A DNA stretch of 64,000 bases. Origin: an uncultured Elusimicrobia bacterium (lineage in GTDB: Bacteria > Elusimicrobiota > Elusimicrobia > Elusimicrobiales > UBA9959). Below the pieces are notes generated by a model. That model saw nothing but the letters and a program-made list of their open reading frames with translations. It was not told where the DNA came from and did not search any database. The stretch is taken from NCBI GenBank assembly GCA_903867985.1, contig CAIPTO010000084.1, forward strand, positions 22,810 through 86,809, in the 5' to 3' direction. The position numbers and the translations under genes were made by a program. Positions 1 through 8,981 of this stretch are shown here, in pieces. Position 1 is the stretch's first letter. The number at the start of each line of letters is the position of its first letter.

Positions 1-201
1 CAGCACTTCGCGCCAATTCCCCCCGAACAGCTCATAAGTGGCGGTCAGCAAAACGGGGCGCAGGCGCTTACCGCCGGCGTCCAGAGAATACAACATGGCT
101 TCCCTGAGCCTGGAGTGGCACGCGGGGATGCGCTTTATCAGTCCGGCCAATTCTATGTTTATCGCCGATGCGCGCCGGTTAATAAATTTTTCTATGGTCA
201 T
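1..201 (-). CDS. ispA: Polyprenyl synthetase / geranyltranstransferase, N-terminal part; runs off the window edge
   Basis: Manual minus-strand translation from the ATG at 201: MTIEKFINRR...LREAMLYSLDAGGKRLRPVLLTATYELFGG. GGKRLRP is the conserved N-terminal motif of trans-prenyltransferases. Not in the ORF track because it is truncated. Confidence 0.85.
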   Translation of the reverse strand, partial: MTIEKFINRRASAINIELAGLIKRIPACHSRLREAMLYSLDAGGKRLRPVLLTATYELFGGNWREVL

Positions 202-295
202 TAATTGAATTATACAAAAATAGGCGGTCAGTCTTAAGGCGTCCCGCTAGTCTGCTTTTACATGATTGTCCGATAGCCGGCAATCTGCTCCCCCG

Positions 296-1351
296 CTACC
301 ATATTACCTGCATTCCAAAACGATGTGTTACGCCCAGGTTGCCGTAATCCAGATAGGAATAGTCAATCCTGGCGCCATGAATGATATTGTTCTTTTCGGT
401 TAATTTATCGAGATTCATCCCGAATCCGCCGGAAACGCTCGCGCCCGTGTCCCGCTGACCCTTGTACCCGGCGCGAAGCTGAAACATACGCATGATATCA
501 ACCTCGAGTCCGACGGTATGAAAGGCCTGGGCGTCAGAATATTTGACGATGTCAGAGGCGGCGGTGACTATCAATATATCTTTTAGAGAATGAAAATCCT
601 TGGCCACGCCGGCCCGCAGGACTCCGGGCAGGTTATAGCTCTCGGAAAAAAATTTCTGCTTGCCACCGATATTAAGAGCCGATACCCCTATATGCAAATG
701 GCCCGGCAACACAAGCATGGCGCCGGCATCCACGGTATAGGCGCTGGAACTCATCTTATCCAGCTTCTCATTTACATTTTTCAGACTCGCCCCAACCGAG
801 ATCCTGTAGGTCTTAGGGCGGTAATCCAGGACCGGCGTGACCCTTGTCCAGCTGGGAGTTATGAGCATCTGGTCCAGCTTGCCTATGTCCTGGTTAAAAT
901 TGGGCCAGGACCGGGCGTAGGACAGGATCCAGAACTGGTGACTGGTGCTGGTATGACCTATATCCGCGTCGTCTTTATCGTAGGCGGTTATCTGGCCGCT
1001 GGAAAGCATGGAGAAAGCCGCGCCCACGGTGCCGTAGGTTGAGCGATACGCGAGGGCGGCGTATTCCTGGGTCATAGAATCGAGGTATTGGTTATGGCTG
1101 CCGGAAAAGGAGGAATAGCGCAAAAGACCCAGGCCCGCGGGATTGTAGAGAATGGAGTCCGGGCCGACCAGAGCCGTATATGATTCGCCCAAAGCCGCCG
1201 GGATAACCGCCACCGGAATCTTAAGAAAATTAGCGCCAGTTGTTCCGGTCTGGGCTCCGGCGAAAAGCCGGCCAGCCGAAAAAATACAGAAAGCCGCGCA
1301 CGCCAAAGCGCCCTTTACAAAAAACCTGTTTTCACTGCGATTATGCTGCAT
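296..1351 (-). CDS. PorV/PorQ-family (UPF0164-like) outer-membrane beta-barrel protein
   Basis: Signal peptide, then GANFLKIPVAVIPAALGESYTA, SILYNPAGL, alternating beta-strands and C-terminal GVTHRFGMQVIW. Start moved from the track TTG (1411) to the ATG at 1351. Confidence 0.75.
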   Translation of the reverse strand: MQHNRSENRFFVKGALACAAFCIFSAGRLFAGAQTGTTGANFLKIPVAVIPAALGESYTALVGPDSILYNPAGLGLLRYSSFSGSHNQYLDSMTQEYAALAYRSTYGTVGAAFSMLSSGQITAYDKDDADIGHTSTSHQFWILSYARSWPNFNQDIGKLDQMLITPSWTRVTPVLDYRPKTYRISVGASLKNVNEKLDKMSSSAYTVDAGAMLVLPGHLHIGVSALNIGGKQKFFSESYNLPGVLRAGVAKDFHSLKDILIVTAASDIVKYSDAQAFHTVGLEVDIMRMFQLRAGYKGQRDTGASVSGGFGMNLDKLTEKNNIIHGARIDYSYLDYGNLGVTHRFGMQVIW

Positions 1352-1494
1352 AAATGTCGTATTACTGAAACTGCCCGGCCAACGATCGATCGCCGCGCTA
1401 TCAAATATCAATTATAGTATATACTGAGTTCCGTTTGATTCAATGTCATAATTGTTACGCCGCTTTCATAAAACGCATTTTCCGGGGCGCGGCC

Positions 1495-1533
1495 ATGAAA
1501 AAGGGCGCCCCCAAAACTTAGGAGTACGCCCTT
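1495..1533 (-). terminator. Probable intrinsic terminator downstream of the clostripain-like gene
   Basis: Minus strand AAGGGCGTACTCC-loop-GGGGGCGCCCTT followed by a T run. Confidence 0.5.
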
Positions 1534-1555
1534 CTGAAAAAATAACGCCGGATAC

Positions 1556-2818
1556 TTACTTTATCCACTTCAGGAAGTCATCCCACTTGGAATCTTTGGT
1601 CCACATCAAAGAATCATAAGCCGCTGTGTATGTGTTGGGGAGGTAGACTGCCAGGCCGAAAGAATTGGCGTACTTGGCGCCCGCGGCCCGGTTGTGGAAT
1701 ACCAGGTCCGTCTTAAGGAAATCCATCAGTTCCCGGCCCTTCGCGGATACCGCGGGACTGAGCGTGGCTTCACTGACGAGTTTTACGAAATGATAGAGGT
1801 CCTTATTGGTTGAATAGTAAAAAGCCTGGGCTTTGGTGCGGGCGTTCTTAACATTAACCAGATCATTGGCGGCCATGACTTCGGCGGTCCAACCGTCCAG
1901 AAGCTGAACAAGCTTGCCGAACGAAGCGGTCTTGACAGAAGACTGCGTGGCGCCCTGATTGATGGCCTGATAGTGGTCGGTGTAAGAATCGACCATCACT
2001 TTTGAAAGTTCCCCCGCGGCCATATCGGACTTGGCAGCCAGAGGGCTGAGCCAGGTGTTATAGGTGTAGCCGTCTCCGGGCTCGGTCTCCTCGGAAGCTA
2101 CCACATAATCGGCGTAATCCTTTATCTCGTAGCCGACCTCCGCCATCTGCATAAGGCAGGCGTCCATCGCGAAGATATCAATCTTGCCGATCTGTTCCAT
2201 GGCCTGTCTGAGCTGGGGAGTGGTGATGTGATTGCCTGTCTCGTCGTCGTAAGAGATGCCTCTTTGCGCTTCAAAGACAACGTCCTTATTCCAACCCGCG
2301 CCGTGATTCCAGACCACAAGCACGTAATGCTGTGCGGGGAAATTAGCCATGGACCATTTTGTGAATTCCACAAGGTGGTTCCAGTCGCCCATGTCGGCCT
2401 TTGGAAGTTCCATCAGCACCGGGGAGGTTATCTTGGAGGTGTCGGCGTCTTTCTGTATCAGATACCTTCTGCCGCCTTTCCAATCGCCGTCGGATGTGGA
2501 ATAGCCGTTTATACGGCCCAGTTCCGCCACAATATTAATATGTTCATCGGAACCCGTTATTTCCATTTCATTAACATCGCTGAGGCCGTATGACTCAAGA
2601 TTATTCTTCGCGTTGACAAATACCATGATGGTCCATTGTTTAGCGGCCTTGGAATTGCCGGGTATCGGAACAATTTCCGCGCCCGGATTTGCCGATTTCA
2701 CCTGATCTAATATGCCGGAAATGCTGCCCTTCTGGTCAAATGTGACGCCGCCGTCAAACGCGTGAACTGACGAAACCAGCAACAGGGCCGCGAGCGCGCC
2801 GAATATTACGTTTTTCAT
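1556..2818 (-). CDS. Secreted clostripain-family cysteine peptidase (C11)
   Basis: Signal peptide; WTIMVFVNAKNNL, LVVWNHGAGW (catalytic His), FAMDACLM (catalytic Cys), ASEETEPGDG, GLAVYLP. Confidence 0.9.
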   Translation of the reverse strand: MKNVIFGALAALLLVSSVHAFDGGVTFDQKGSISGILDQVKSANPGAEIVPIPGNSKAAKQWTIMVFVNAKNNLESYGLSDVNEMEITGSDEHINIVAELGRINGYSTSDGDWKGGRRYLIQKDADTSKITSPVLMELPKADMGDWNHLVEFTKWSMANFPAQHYVLVVWNHGAGWNKDVVFEAQRGISYDDETGNHITTPQLRQAMEQIGKIDIFAMDACLMQMAEVGYEIKDYADYVVASEETEPGDGYTYNTWLSPLAAKSDMAAGELSKVMVDSYTDHYQAINQGATQSSVKTASFGKLVQLLDGWTAEVMAANDLVNVKNARTKAQAFYYSTNKDLYHFVKLVSEATLSPAVSAKGRELMDFLKTDLVFHNRAAGAKYANSFGLAVYLPNTYTAAYDSLMWTKDSKWDDFLKWIK

Positions 2819-3010
2819 TTACTTTCTCCCTTTTCATCCTGATTCTCTTCCCTCTCGTACAGAAAAGAGCGCGACATAACGCGATACAATGAATGTTAAT
2901 AAACTCAATGATTTCAAGTCAAGGCAATAATTCAGACCTCTGAGCGGGTCTTATATTTTCACCAGCTCATCTCCCTGTGCATATTATATTTGCACACTGA
3001 AATCAGAAGG

Positions 3011-5506
3011 TCAGTCGCGCAGGACCATCATGGACAGCGGCGGCACTTCCACGAAACCGGAATACTTCCGGCCGCCGGCGCAGGCACCGTTCTCGTCAAG
3101 AGCCTTTTCATATTCCCCCATAGGCAGGGCGAACCTCTGTGCGGTTTTCTGAGGATTGATAAGCGTCACGATACGGTTCCAGGAGTCTCCGGCCTCCGCG
3201 CCCTTAAGCACATAGGCGATATTAGGCGCCGCAACCGGCAGGTCTATATCCTCGTAGAACTTAAGATTGTCCCGGACGGCCTGAGCCGTTTTCATCCTGA
3301 AAGCCGGATGGGCCTTGCGCAAGGCGATCAGGTCGCGGTAGAAAGTGAAAACCCCGTTATTGCTTTTTTTCAGGGTCCAGTCTATCCTGTTTACATCATC
3401 AGGCAGATTGTACGAGTTCTCCGCCCCGTTCTTGGTGCGCAAAAATTCCTCGCCCGAATGGATAAACGGGATCCCCTGGGAAGTCAGCACCACCGCCTGA
3501 GCCAGCTTATCCATCCTCACGCGCCTCTCCCTCGGCTCGTCTTTAACCGAAAGGCTGATCCGATCCCATAAAGTGTGATTATCGTGGCAGCTGACGTAGT
3601 TCAGGCTCTCCAGCGGCGAATCAGTGAACTCGTCTATGGCTCCCTTGATGCCGCGCATTACAGCTTCGCGATTGACCGCCGCCTGCACATAACCCAGGCT
3701 TTCAACTTTAAACACGCTCCCCTTGAGCGCGTCGCGCAGATTATCGTTGAATACCGAGAAACCTTTCGACCGCTGAACTCCTTTGCCCACGCCGCGTACG
3801 GGCGTGTCGCCGGCGGACCAGGGCTCGCCGTAGATCAGAATGTCCGGTTTCACTTCCTTAAGGCGCCTGACCAAAGCGAAAACCGTATCCTGGTCGATAA
3901 GCCCCATCAAGTCAAAGCGGAAACCGTCCACTTTGTATTCGTTGACCCAGCGCAGGAGACTGTCGATAATAAACTTCCGTCCCATAGGAGATTCGGACTT
4001 GAATTCGTTTCCGCAGCCGGAACCGTTCCAATAAGTCCCGTCGTCCCTGATACGGTAGTAATAATCCTTCGCGAGCGCGTCAAAATTAAACACCTTTCCG
4101 CCGGTTTCCGCCGTGTGATTGTAAACCACATCCATGATGACCTTGATGCCCTTTTTATGCAGAGCGTCTATCATGGCTTTGGCTTCTCTGACCCTTTCAT
4201 TTCCGTAAAGACCGGTGGCATACCACCCTTCCGGAGAATTGAAGTTGACCGGCATATAGCCCCAGTTATAAGTCGGAGAACTTTCGTTATTCTCAAAATC
4301 CTGGAACGGCAGAATATGAACGGCGTTCACCCCGAGCTCCGAAAGATGATCAATGCCGGTCTTTATGCCGGGGTATTCCGGATGAACGGTACCGGTCTCA
4401 GTAAAAGCGAGATATTTGCCTTTGTGCTCCGCTCCGGAGAAACCGTCGATGCTGAAGTCCCTGATATGCATTTCGTACAAAACGGTCTCCGAGAGGTCAA
4501 AAGCCGGACCGGGCGCGACAGGAGAGGAATCGAATTCCACAAACGCCAGTCCGTCATGGGCCGTCACGCAAGGCGCGTACGGGTCCACGCCCTCTGAAAT
4601 CCGGCCGTTCTGCGAAGTGCGGATTTTCCAATACTTGCCGGTCAGATCGGCGAAGATATCCGCTTCCCAGAGACCGTTCTCCTTCTGATTCAGCGGATAG
4701 GACTTGTGATCGCGGGCAACCGGCGTGTCGTAAAAAAGAGCCTCAACTTTTGACGCGGCAGGCGCAAAAACCCTTATAAAAGTTTTACCATCCTTTACGC
4801 GCAGCCCCATTTCCTTATCACTTTTAAAGTAATCGCCGTAACCGGCGTTTCCCAGTCTCAGGACTACCGGCTTCATATCTCCGGAGCGGATCTGCCAGCG
4901 CCCTGAATTGAGCGCGGGATAATCGATCTTTCCAAGACCGTGAAAAGCCAGAACAGCATAACGGCCGTAAGGTTTGTCCGGCGCGAAGCCGGCCTTCTCC
5001 GGATAAAAGATATGCCCCTCATCATCGGCGGCGCAAAAGTTCTGCCTTGATATATACGACAGATCCACGAAGCGGTTAAAGACGACCCGTATTTCGTTTT
5101 CACCTTCCAGGAGGGCTGAAATTATCCTGGTGGAGATCTCCGGAGACGCCGCGTATACGGCGGGGTCGCCCTCGGCAATAAATATCTGTCCGGGGGCGGC
5201 TTTCTTATACACACGGTCGGAACCGTCCTTGTCTTCCCATTTTTTATAACGCGGAAGGATCCCCACATCATATCCCTCCAAGTTGAAGCGTTTCAGGTCT
5301 AGTTTAAATGTGGCGCCATAGTTGTCGGCCGCGGCCGGGAGGATCTCAAATCCCTCTTTGTTATCTTTTTCATTCCACACCCACAGATTCCAGCCCGCAT
5401 AATCCCCGTTCAGCCGGTTATAATGCACGGTAAGTTCATTTTGCGCGTAAAGGTTTAACGGCATAAGACACACCCCTAGGGAAAATATAGATATAAATCG
5501 TTTCAT
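3011..5506 (-). CDS. pulA: Secreted type I pullulanase (GH13) with an N-terminal CBM41-like domain and CBM48
   Basis: Signal peptide; VHYNRLNGDYAGWNLWVW, RVFAPAA, YNWGYMP, MDVVYNHT, DGFRFDLMG, YGEPW, NYVSCHDNHTLWD. Confidence 0.92.
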   Translation of the reverse strand: MKRFISIFSLGVCLMPLNLYAQNELTVHYNRLNGDYAGWNLWVWNEKDNKEGFEILPAAADNYGATFKLDLKRFNLEGYDVGILPRYKKWEDKDGSDRVYKKAAPGQIFIAEGDPAVYAASPEISTRIISALLEGENEIRVVFNRFVDLSYISRQNFCAADDEGHIFYPEKAGFAPDKPYGRYAVLAFHGLGKIDYPALNSGRWQIRSGDMKPVVLRLGNAGYGDYFKSDKEMGLRVKDGKTFIRVFAPAASKVEALFYDTPVARDHKSYPLNQKENGLWEADIFADLTGKYWKIRTSQNGRISEGVDPYAPCVTAHDGLAFVEFDSSPVAPGPAFDLSETVLYEMHIRDFSIDGFSGAEHKGKYLAFTETGTVHPEYPGIKTGIDHLSELGVNAVHILPFQDFENNESSPTYNWGYMPVNFNSPEGWYATGLYGNERVREAKAMIDALHKKGIKVIMDVVYNHTAETGGKVFNFDALAKDYYYRIRDDGTYWNGSGCGNEFKSESPMGRKFIIDSLLRWVNEYKVDGFRFDLMGLIDQDTVFALVRRLKEVKPDILIYGEPWSAGDTPVRGVGKGVQRSKGFSVFNDNLRDALKGSVFKVESLGYVQAAVNREAVMRGIKGAIDEFTDSPLESLNYVSCHDNHTLWDRISLSVKDEPRERRVRMDKLAQAVVLTSQGIPFIHSGEEFLRTKNGAENSYNLPDDVNRIDWTLKKSNNGVFTFYRDLIALRKAHPAFRMKTAQAVRDNLKFYEDIDLPVAAPNIAYVLKGAEAGDSWNRIVTLINPQKTAQRFALPMGEYEKALDENGACAGGRKYSGFVEVPPLSMMVLRD

Positions 5507-5516
5507 GTTTCAATTT

Positions 5517-5589
5517 TTGTTACGGCACCTACGCAAGTATTGGCCGTCTGATGCACACAGTGCTTGTTACGGCACCTACGCAAGTATTG
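5517..5589. repeat. Two exact 26-bp direct repeats separated by 21 bp
   Basis: TTGTTACGGCACCTACGCAAGTATTG at 5517-5542 and 5564-5589. Confidence 0.9.
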
Positions 5590-5603
5590 TAAAATATATT
5601 CAT

Positions 5604-6767
5604 ATGCTTAAGACAATACTTTTTCTGCTCCTCACGCCCGCGTTCCCCGTCTCAGCCGAAGTCCGGGCTTCCGCCGTACCCCCCTACCCGTCCATCTCCA
5701 CCGACACCATACGCCAGAAAATACTTTCTGAAAGGGCCGTGCGCGGCATACATCTCAGCTCCTGGGGGGCCGGCTCAAAAAAAGCCCGCAGAGCTCTGAT
5801 CGCTAAAATAAACAATTCCGTTATCAACACCGTGGTAGTGGCCATAAAAGAAGTGGACGGCAAGGTCTACATCCCCGGGGTGGAAATGGCGCGCAAACAC
5901 AACGCCTATGAACCGGCCATTTCACAACCGGAGGAGATGCTTAAAGATTTCAAAGACGCCGGCCTTTACACCATAGCCCGCATCGTGGTATTTAAAGACA
6001 AGGTTATGCCGCTGGCCCGTAAAGACCTGGCCGTCCACACGCCCGACGGAGGAGTCTGGCGGGCCGCCAAAGGCGCCACCTGGCTGGACCCTTACAACAG
6101 AGAGGTCTGGGCGTACACACTGGACATAGCTGAACGGGCCGCCAAACTCGGTTTCGACGAGATCCAGTTCGACTATCTGCGTTACCCGACGGAGGGCAGA
6201 ACCGAACTCTGCCGATACGCCAAACAACACACCTCAAAGAGTTCGATAGCGAACCTGAATGACTTTCTCGTATACGCCTGCGGCCGCCTCAAACACTATA
6301 ACGTAAAGATATCGGTCGATGTCTTCGGCCTTACCACTACCGCAAAGGATGATATGGGTATCGGGCAGGATCTCAAAACCATGGCGCAGAACGTGAATTA
6401 CATCTGCCCTATGATGTATCCCTCCCACTATTACACAGGCGAGTACAATCTTAAGAACCCGAACAGCCAGCCCTATAAAGTTATAGATCGCGGCCTTAAG
6501 GACGCGCTGAAGCGCCTTGGCCCGAATTATGCCAAACTCCGCCCCTATTTGCAGGATTTCAACCTTGGCTGGAACTATGGTCCCCACGAAGTGCGCGCGC
6601 AAATCATCGCAGCCAGACACAATATGCTGGAAAGCTGGGTGCTCTGGAACGCTTCCAATAAATACAATTGGGCGGCCCTGACTCCCCAGTCTTTCAGAGC
6701 GTTCGTTGATCCGGAATATCGCGGCAAGCCGATAAAAGCATCAAGTTCTAATTGTAAACAGGAGTAA
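5604..6767 (+). CDS. Putative glycoside hydrolase (DUF4015-like TIM barrel), secreted
   Basis: VRGIHLSSW, IARIVVFKD, WLDPYNREVW, GFDEIQFDYLRYP, ICPMMYPSHY, RPYLQDF, WVLWNASN. Start moved to the ATG at 5604 (MLKTILFLLL signal peptide). Confidence 0.85.
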   Translation: MLKTILFLLLTPAFPVSAEVRASAVPPYPSISTDTIRQKILSERAVRGIHLSSWGAGSKKARRALIAKINNSVINTVVVAIKEVDGKVYIPGVEMARKHNAYEPAISQPEEMLKDFKDAGLYTIARIVVFKDKVMPLARKDLAVHTPDGGVWRAAKGATWLDPYNREVWAYTLDIAERAAKLGFDEIQFDYLRYPTEGRTELCRYAKQHTSKSSIANLNDFLVYACGRLKHYNVKISVDVFGLTTTAKDDMGIGQDLKTMAQNVNYICPMMYPSHYYTGEYNLKNPNSQPYKVIDRGLKDALKRLGPNYAKLRPYLQDFNLGWNYGPHEVRAQIIAARHNMLESWVLWNASNKYNWAALTPQSFRAFVDPEYRGKPIKASSSNCKQE

Positions 6768-6794
6768 GAGTAAGCCGATTGGACGCTTGAGTTT

Positions 6795-7595
6795 TTAACC
6801 GATTTCTTTCTTCAGAATCTCGTAGAATTTTTGTTTTGCATCTTTCTCAGCCCAGGGCCGGTGTCCGCAGTCCTTAAGCAGGATGAAATTAAAATTTTTA
6901 ATGACCGCCCCGAGCGGCTCACTGACACCTCCGGCGGGATGAGGGTCATAGTCTCCGTGTATAGCCGTCACCGGACACTTTATCATGCTCGCGCAGGACA
7001 GCAGGTCCCCGCCGCGGCGTAATTGAACAGCTTCCTTCCATACCCTTTGAAAAATATTCGCATCCAGGATGACGGGGTTCCCGGATTCGGCATCCTCCGG
7101 TTCAGGATTATAAGCGTCGGTTCTGGAAAGAAGGACGCCAAGTCGCGCGAACGCTCCGGCCCGCCCGGTCGCGACCGGGCTTTCAACCTGTTTGATCAAT
7201 TCCGCCGCCTCCGCGCGCTCAGCCATACTCAGCCGCGCGAATCTGGCCTCGGTAATGGTGTGGACATATTTCTCTTCAAAAGGCCCGCTGCTGATAAGGA
7301 TAATTTTTTTCACTAATGCGGGATGGCGCGCGGCGAGGATGAAAGCCAGCCAGGCTCCCCAGGAAAAACCGGCCAGGACAAGCGGACCAATTTTTTCCTT
7401 CTCCAATATAGCCTTCAATTCCGCCACCTGACCATCAAGCGAATCGGCAGTCTGCAAGGGCTCCAGAATGGAAATTTCCGAAGACATGGCAACCGCAACC
7501 GGAGCCAACTCACCCGCGGCGCCAGGCCCGCCGTGTATAAGCGCCGCTCTAAAAGGCGGCCTCCCATATTTGCGCGGATTTTCCATAAAAATCAT
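6795..7595 (-). CDS. Alpha/beta hydrolase
   Basis: LIHGGPG, nucleophile elbow GFSWG, IHGDYDP, CGHRPW. Confidence 0.85.
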   Translation of the reverse strand: MIFMENPRKYGRPPFRAALIHGGPGAAGELAPVAVAMSSEISILEPLQTADSLDGQVAELKAILEKEKIGPLVLAGFSWGAWLAFILAARHPALVKKIILISSGPFEEKYVHTITEARFARLSMAERAEAAELIKQVESPVATGRAGAFARLGVLLSRTDAYNPEPEDAESGNPVILDANIFQRVWKEAVQLRRGGDLLSCASMIKCPVTAIHGDYDPHPAGGVSEPLGAVIKNFNFILLKDCGHRPWAEKDAKQKFYEILKKEIG

Positions 7596-7621
7596 AAATC
7601 AGTCACTAATGCACTTCTTAT

Positions 7622-7661
7622 ATCCTCTAGTCCTCTAATCCTCTAATCCTCTAATCCTCTA
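7622..7661. repeat. Octamer tandem array (CTAATCCT family), single arm overlapping the deoB stop codon
   Basis: ctagtcct ctaatcct ctaatcct ctaatcct at 7627-7658. Confidence 0.85.
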
Positions 7662-8878
7662 ACAATCTTCCTATATTCCTTCTGCACTCCGAAAAGTTGA
7701 GCCGTCACATGCCCTATATCCGAGAGCCCGGGGCATACGCCGGTTTTAATACCACCCAGTTTCCCGTCATAGCCATTACGCGCTGCAATAAACGGCAGTG
7801 GTTCTTTGGAATGATAGCCATAATCCTCCTTATGCTCCATACCGTGATCGGCGGTGATCATAAAAAGGTCGCCTTTATCCATCCGGCTTTCAAAGAGCGG
7901 AATTATGCGGTCTATTTCCATAATGGCCTTCAGAGCGCCCGGGATATCACGCGTGTGGCCGTAGACGCTGTCCGTGTCCACTAAATTGGTAAATATGAAA
8001 GTTCCTCTGGGACGATAGATGTGTTTTGCTCCGGCCAGGGCGTTTATGGTCCCCTGTATGCAGTACGGGTTGGTGTCTTTTTTCTTAGGGTGGACGAATC
8101 GGAGGCCAAGGGCCGGATCGATGAACATTTCATGATTAAGTTTAATTTTGGCGTGATAAGAGGTGTTCACCAGGTCGCTGGTCTTACCCACAGCCACCGT
8201 CCAGACGTTATTCTCGCGCAAAATATCAACCAGCGTCTTCTGGCCGATCGGCAGCACGGCGTCGTGCCGGTTGGAGGTGCGCACAATATCCCCCCCGGCG
8301 CTCTTTATATAGGCCCGGGCAATAGCGCGGGTTATAGGAAGCCCCATCTCCATGGCCAGCGCGAAGGCGATGTCAGCTATCTTGTGCTGCTCAGCGACGG
8401 GGATCACGGCCTCGTTCATCGCCAGCTGGATGAGCGGATCACATTTGCTGGCGTAGACGATAGGTTTGCCGGTCCGCTCATGTTCCGCCGCGTTGAGCTC
8501 TATCGCCTCCATCCCGGCAGCCATCTTGTTGAAGAACGTCTTGCGGCCAATGCGCTTTTCCAGCTCGACGATGTACTTCTTCGGAAAACCGCTGTTGAAC
8601 AGGTCGTAGGTGCGGTCATCCAGCACACCCATCATCTCGCGATGGCCGACAAGGCTGTCGGCGGTGGCCGAGGCCTGAGTGAGAGCGGCGGCGTAGGATT
8701 TTTTTGAGTGTTTTGGCGCGAAGCGGCTCTTAAACCGCGGTCCGACTATTTCGCCTAAACCCAGACGAGACAGATTCGGGAGATTGACTTTCTTATTGTA
8801 GCTGGCAAGCAGGTGCTCAATGGTAGTAATACCGAGGGCGTCTATGACCAGCAGTAATGCCACAGGTGATTTTTTCAA
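7643..8878 (-). CDS. deoB: Phosphopentomutase (alkaline phosphatase superfamily)
   Basis: LLVIDALG, GHREMMG, RAIARAY, TNLVDTDSVYGHTRD, ITADHG. Likely TTG start at 8878 preceded by GGAGG. Confidence 0.8.
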   Translation of the reverse strand: MKKSPVALLLVIDALGITTIEHLLASYNKKVNLPNLSRLGLGEIVGPRFKSRFAPKHSKKSYAAALTQASATADSLVGHREMMGVLDDRTYDLFNSGFPKKYIVELEKRIGRKTFFNKMAAGMEAIELNAAEHERTGKPIVYASKCDPLIQLAMNEAVIPVAEQHKIADIAFALAMEMGLPITRAIARAYIKSAGGDIVRTSNRHDAVLPIGQKTLVDILRENNVWTVAVGKTSDLVNTSYHAKIKLNHEMFIDPALGLRFVHPKKKDTNPYCIQGTINALAGAKHIYRPRGTFIFTNLVDTDSVYGHTRDIPGALKAIMEIDRIIPLFESRMDKGDLFMITADHGMEHKEDYGYHSKEPLPFIAARNGYDGKLGGIKTGVCPGLSDIGHVTAQLFGVQKEYRKIVRGLED

Positions 8879-8981
8879 GATTCCTCCGGGACGAAGCGCG
8901 CTTCCATACCAATCCCCGCATATTTTAAAATTATAGTATATTGTAAAAGTGGCGCAACTAAAAAACAATGGAGCCTGTCCC

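Noticed and set aside
3575-4597. 340-aa plus-strand ORF, and similar long shadow ORFs (40679-41710, 59298-60299, 17562-18290, 8021-8707)
   Set aside because: Antisense to well-supported genes, no recognisable motifs, and typical of GC-rich coding DNA.
5517-5589. Mini-CRISPR interpretation of the 26-bp direct repeat
   Set aside because: Only two repeats, a 21-nt spacer, no palindromy, and no cas genes or leader in the window.
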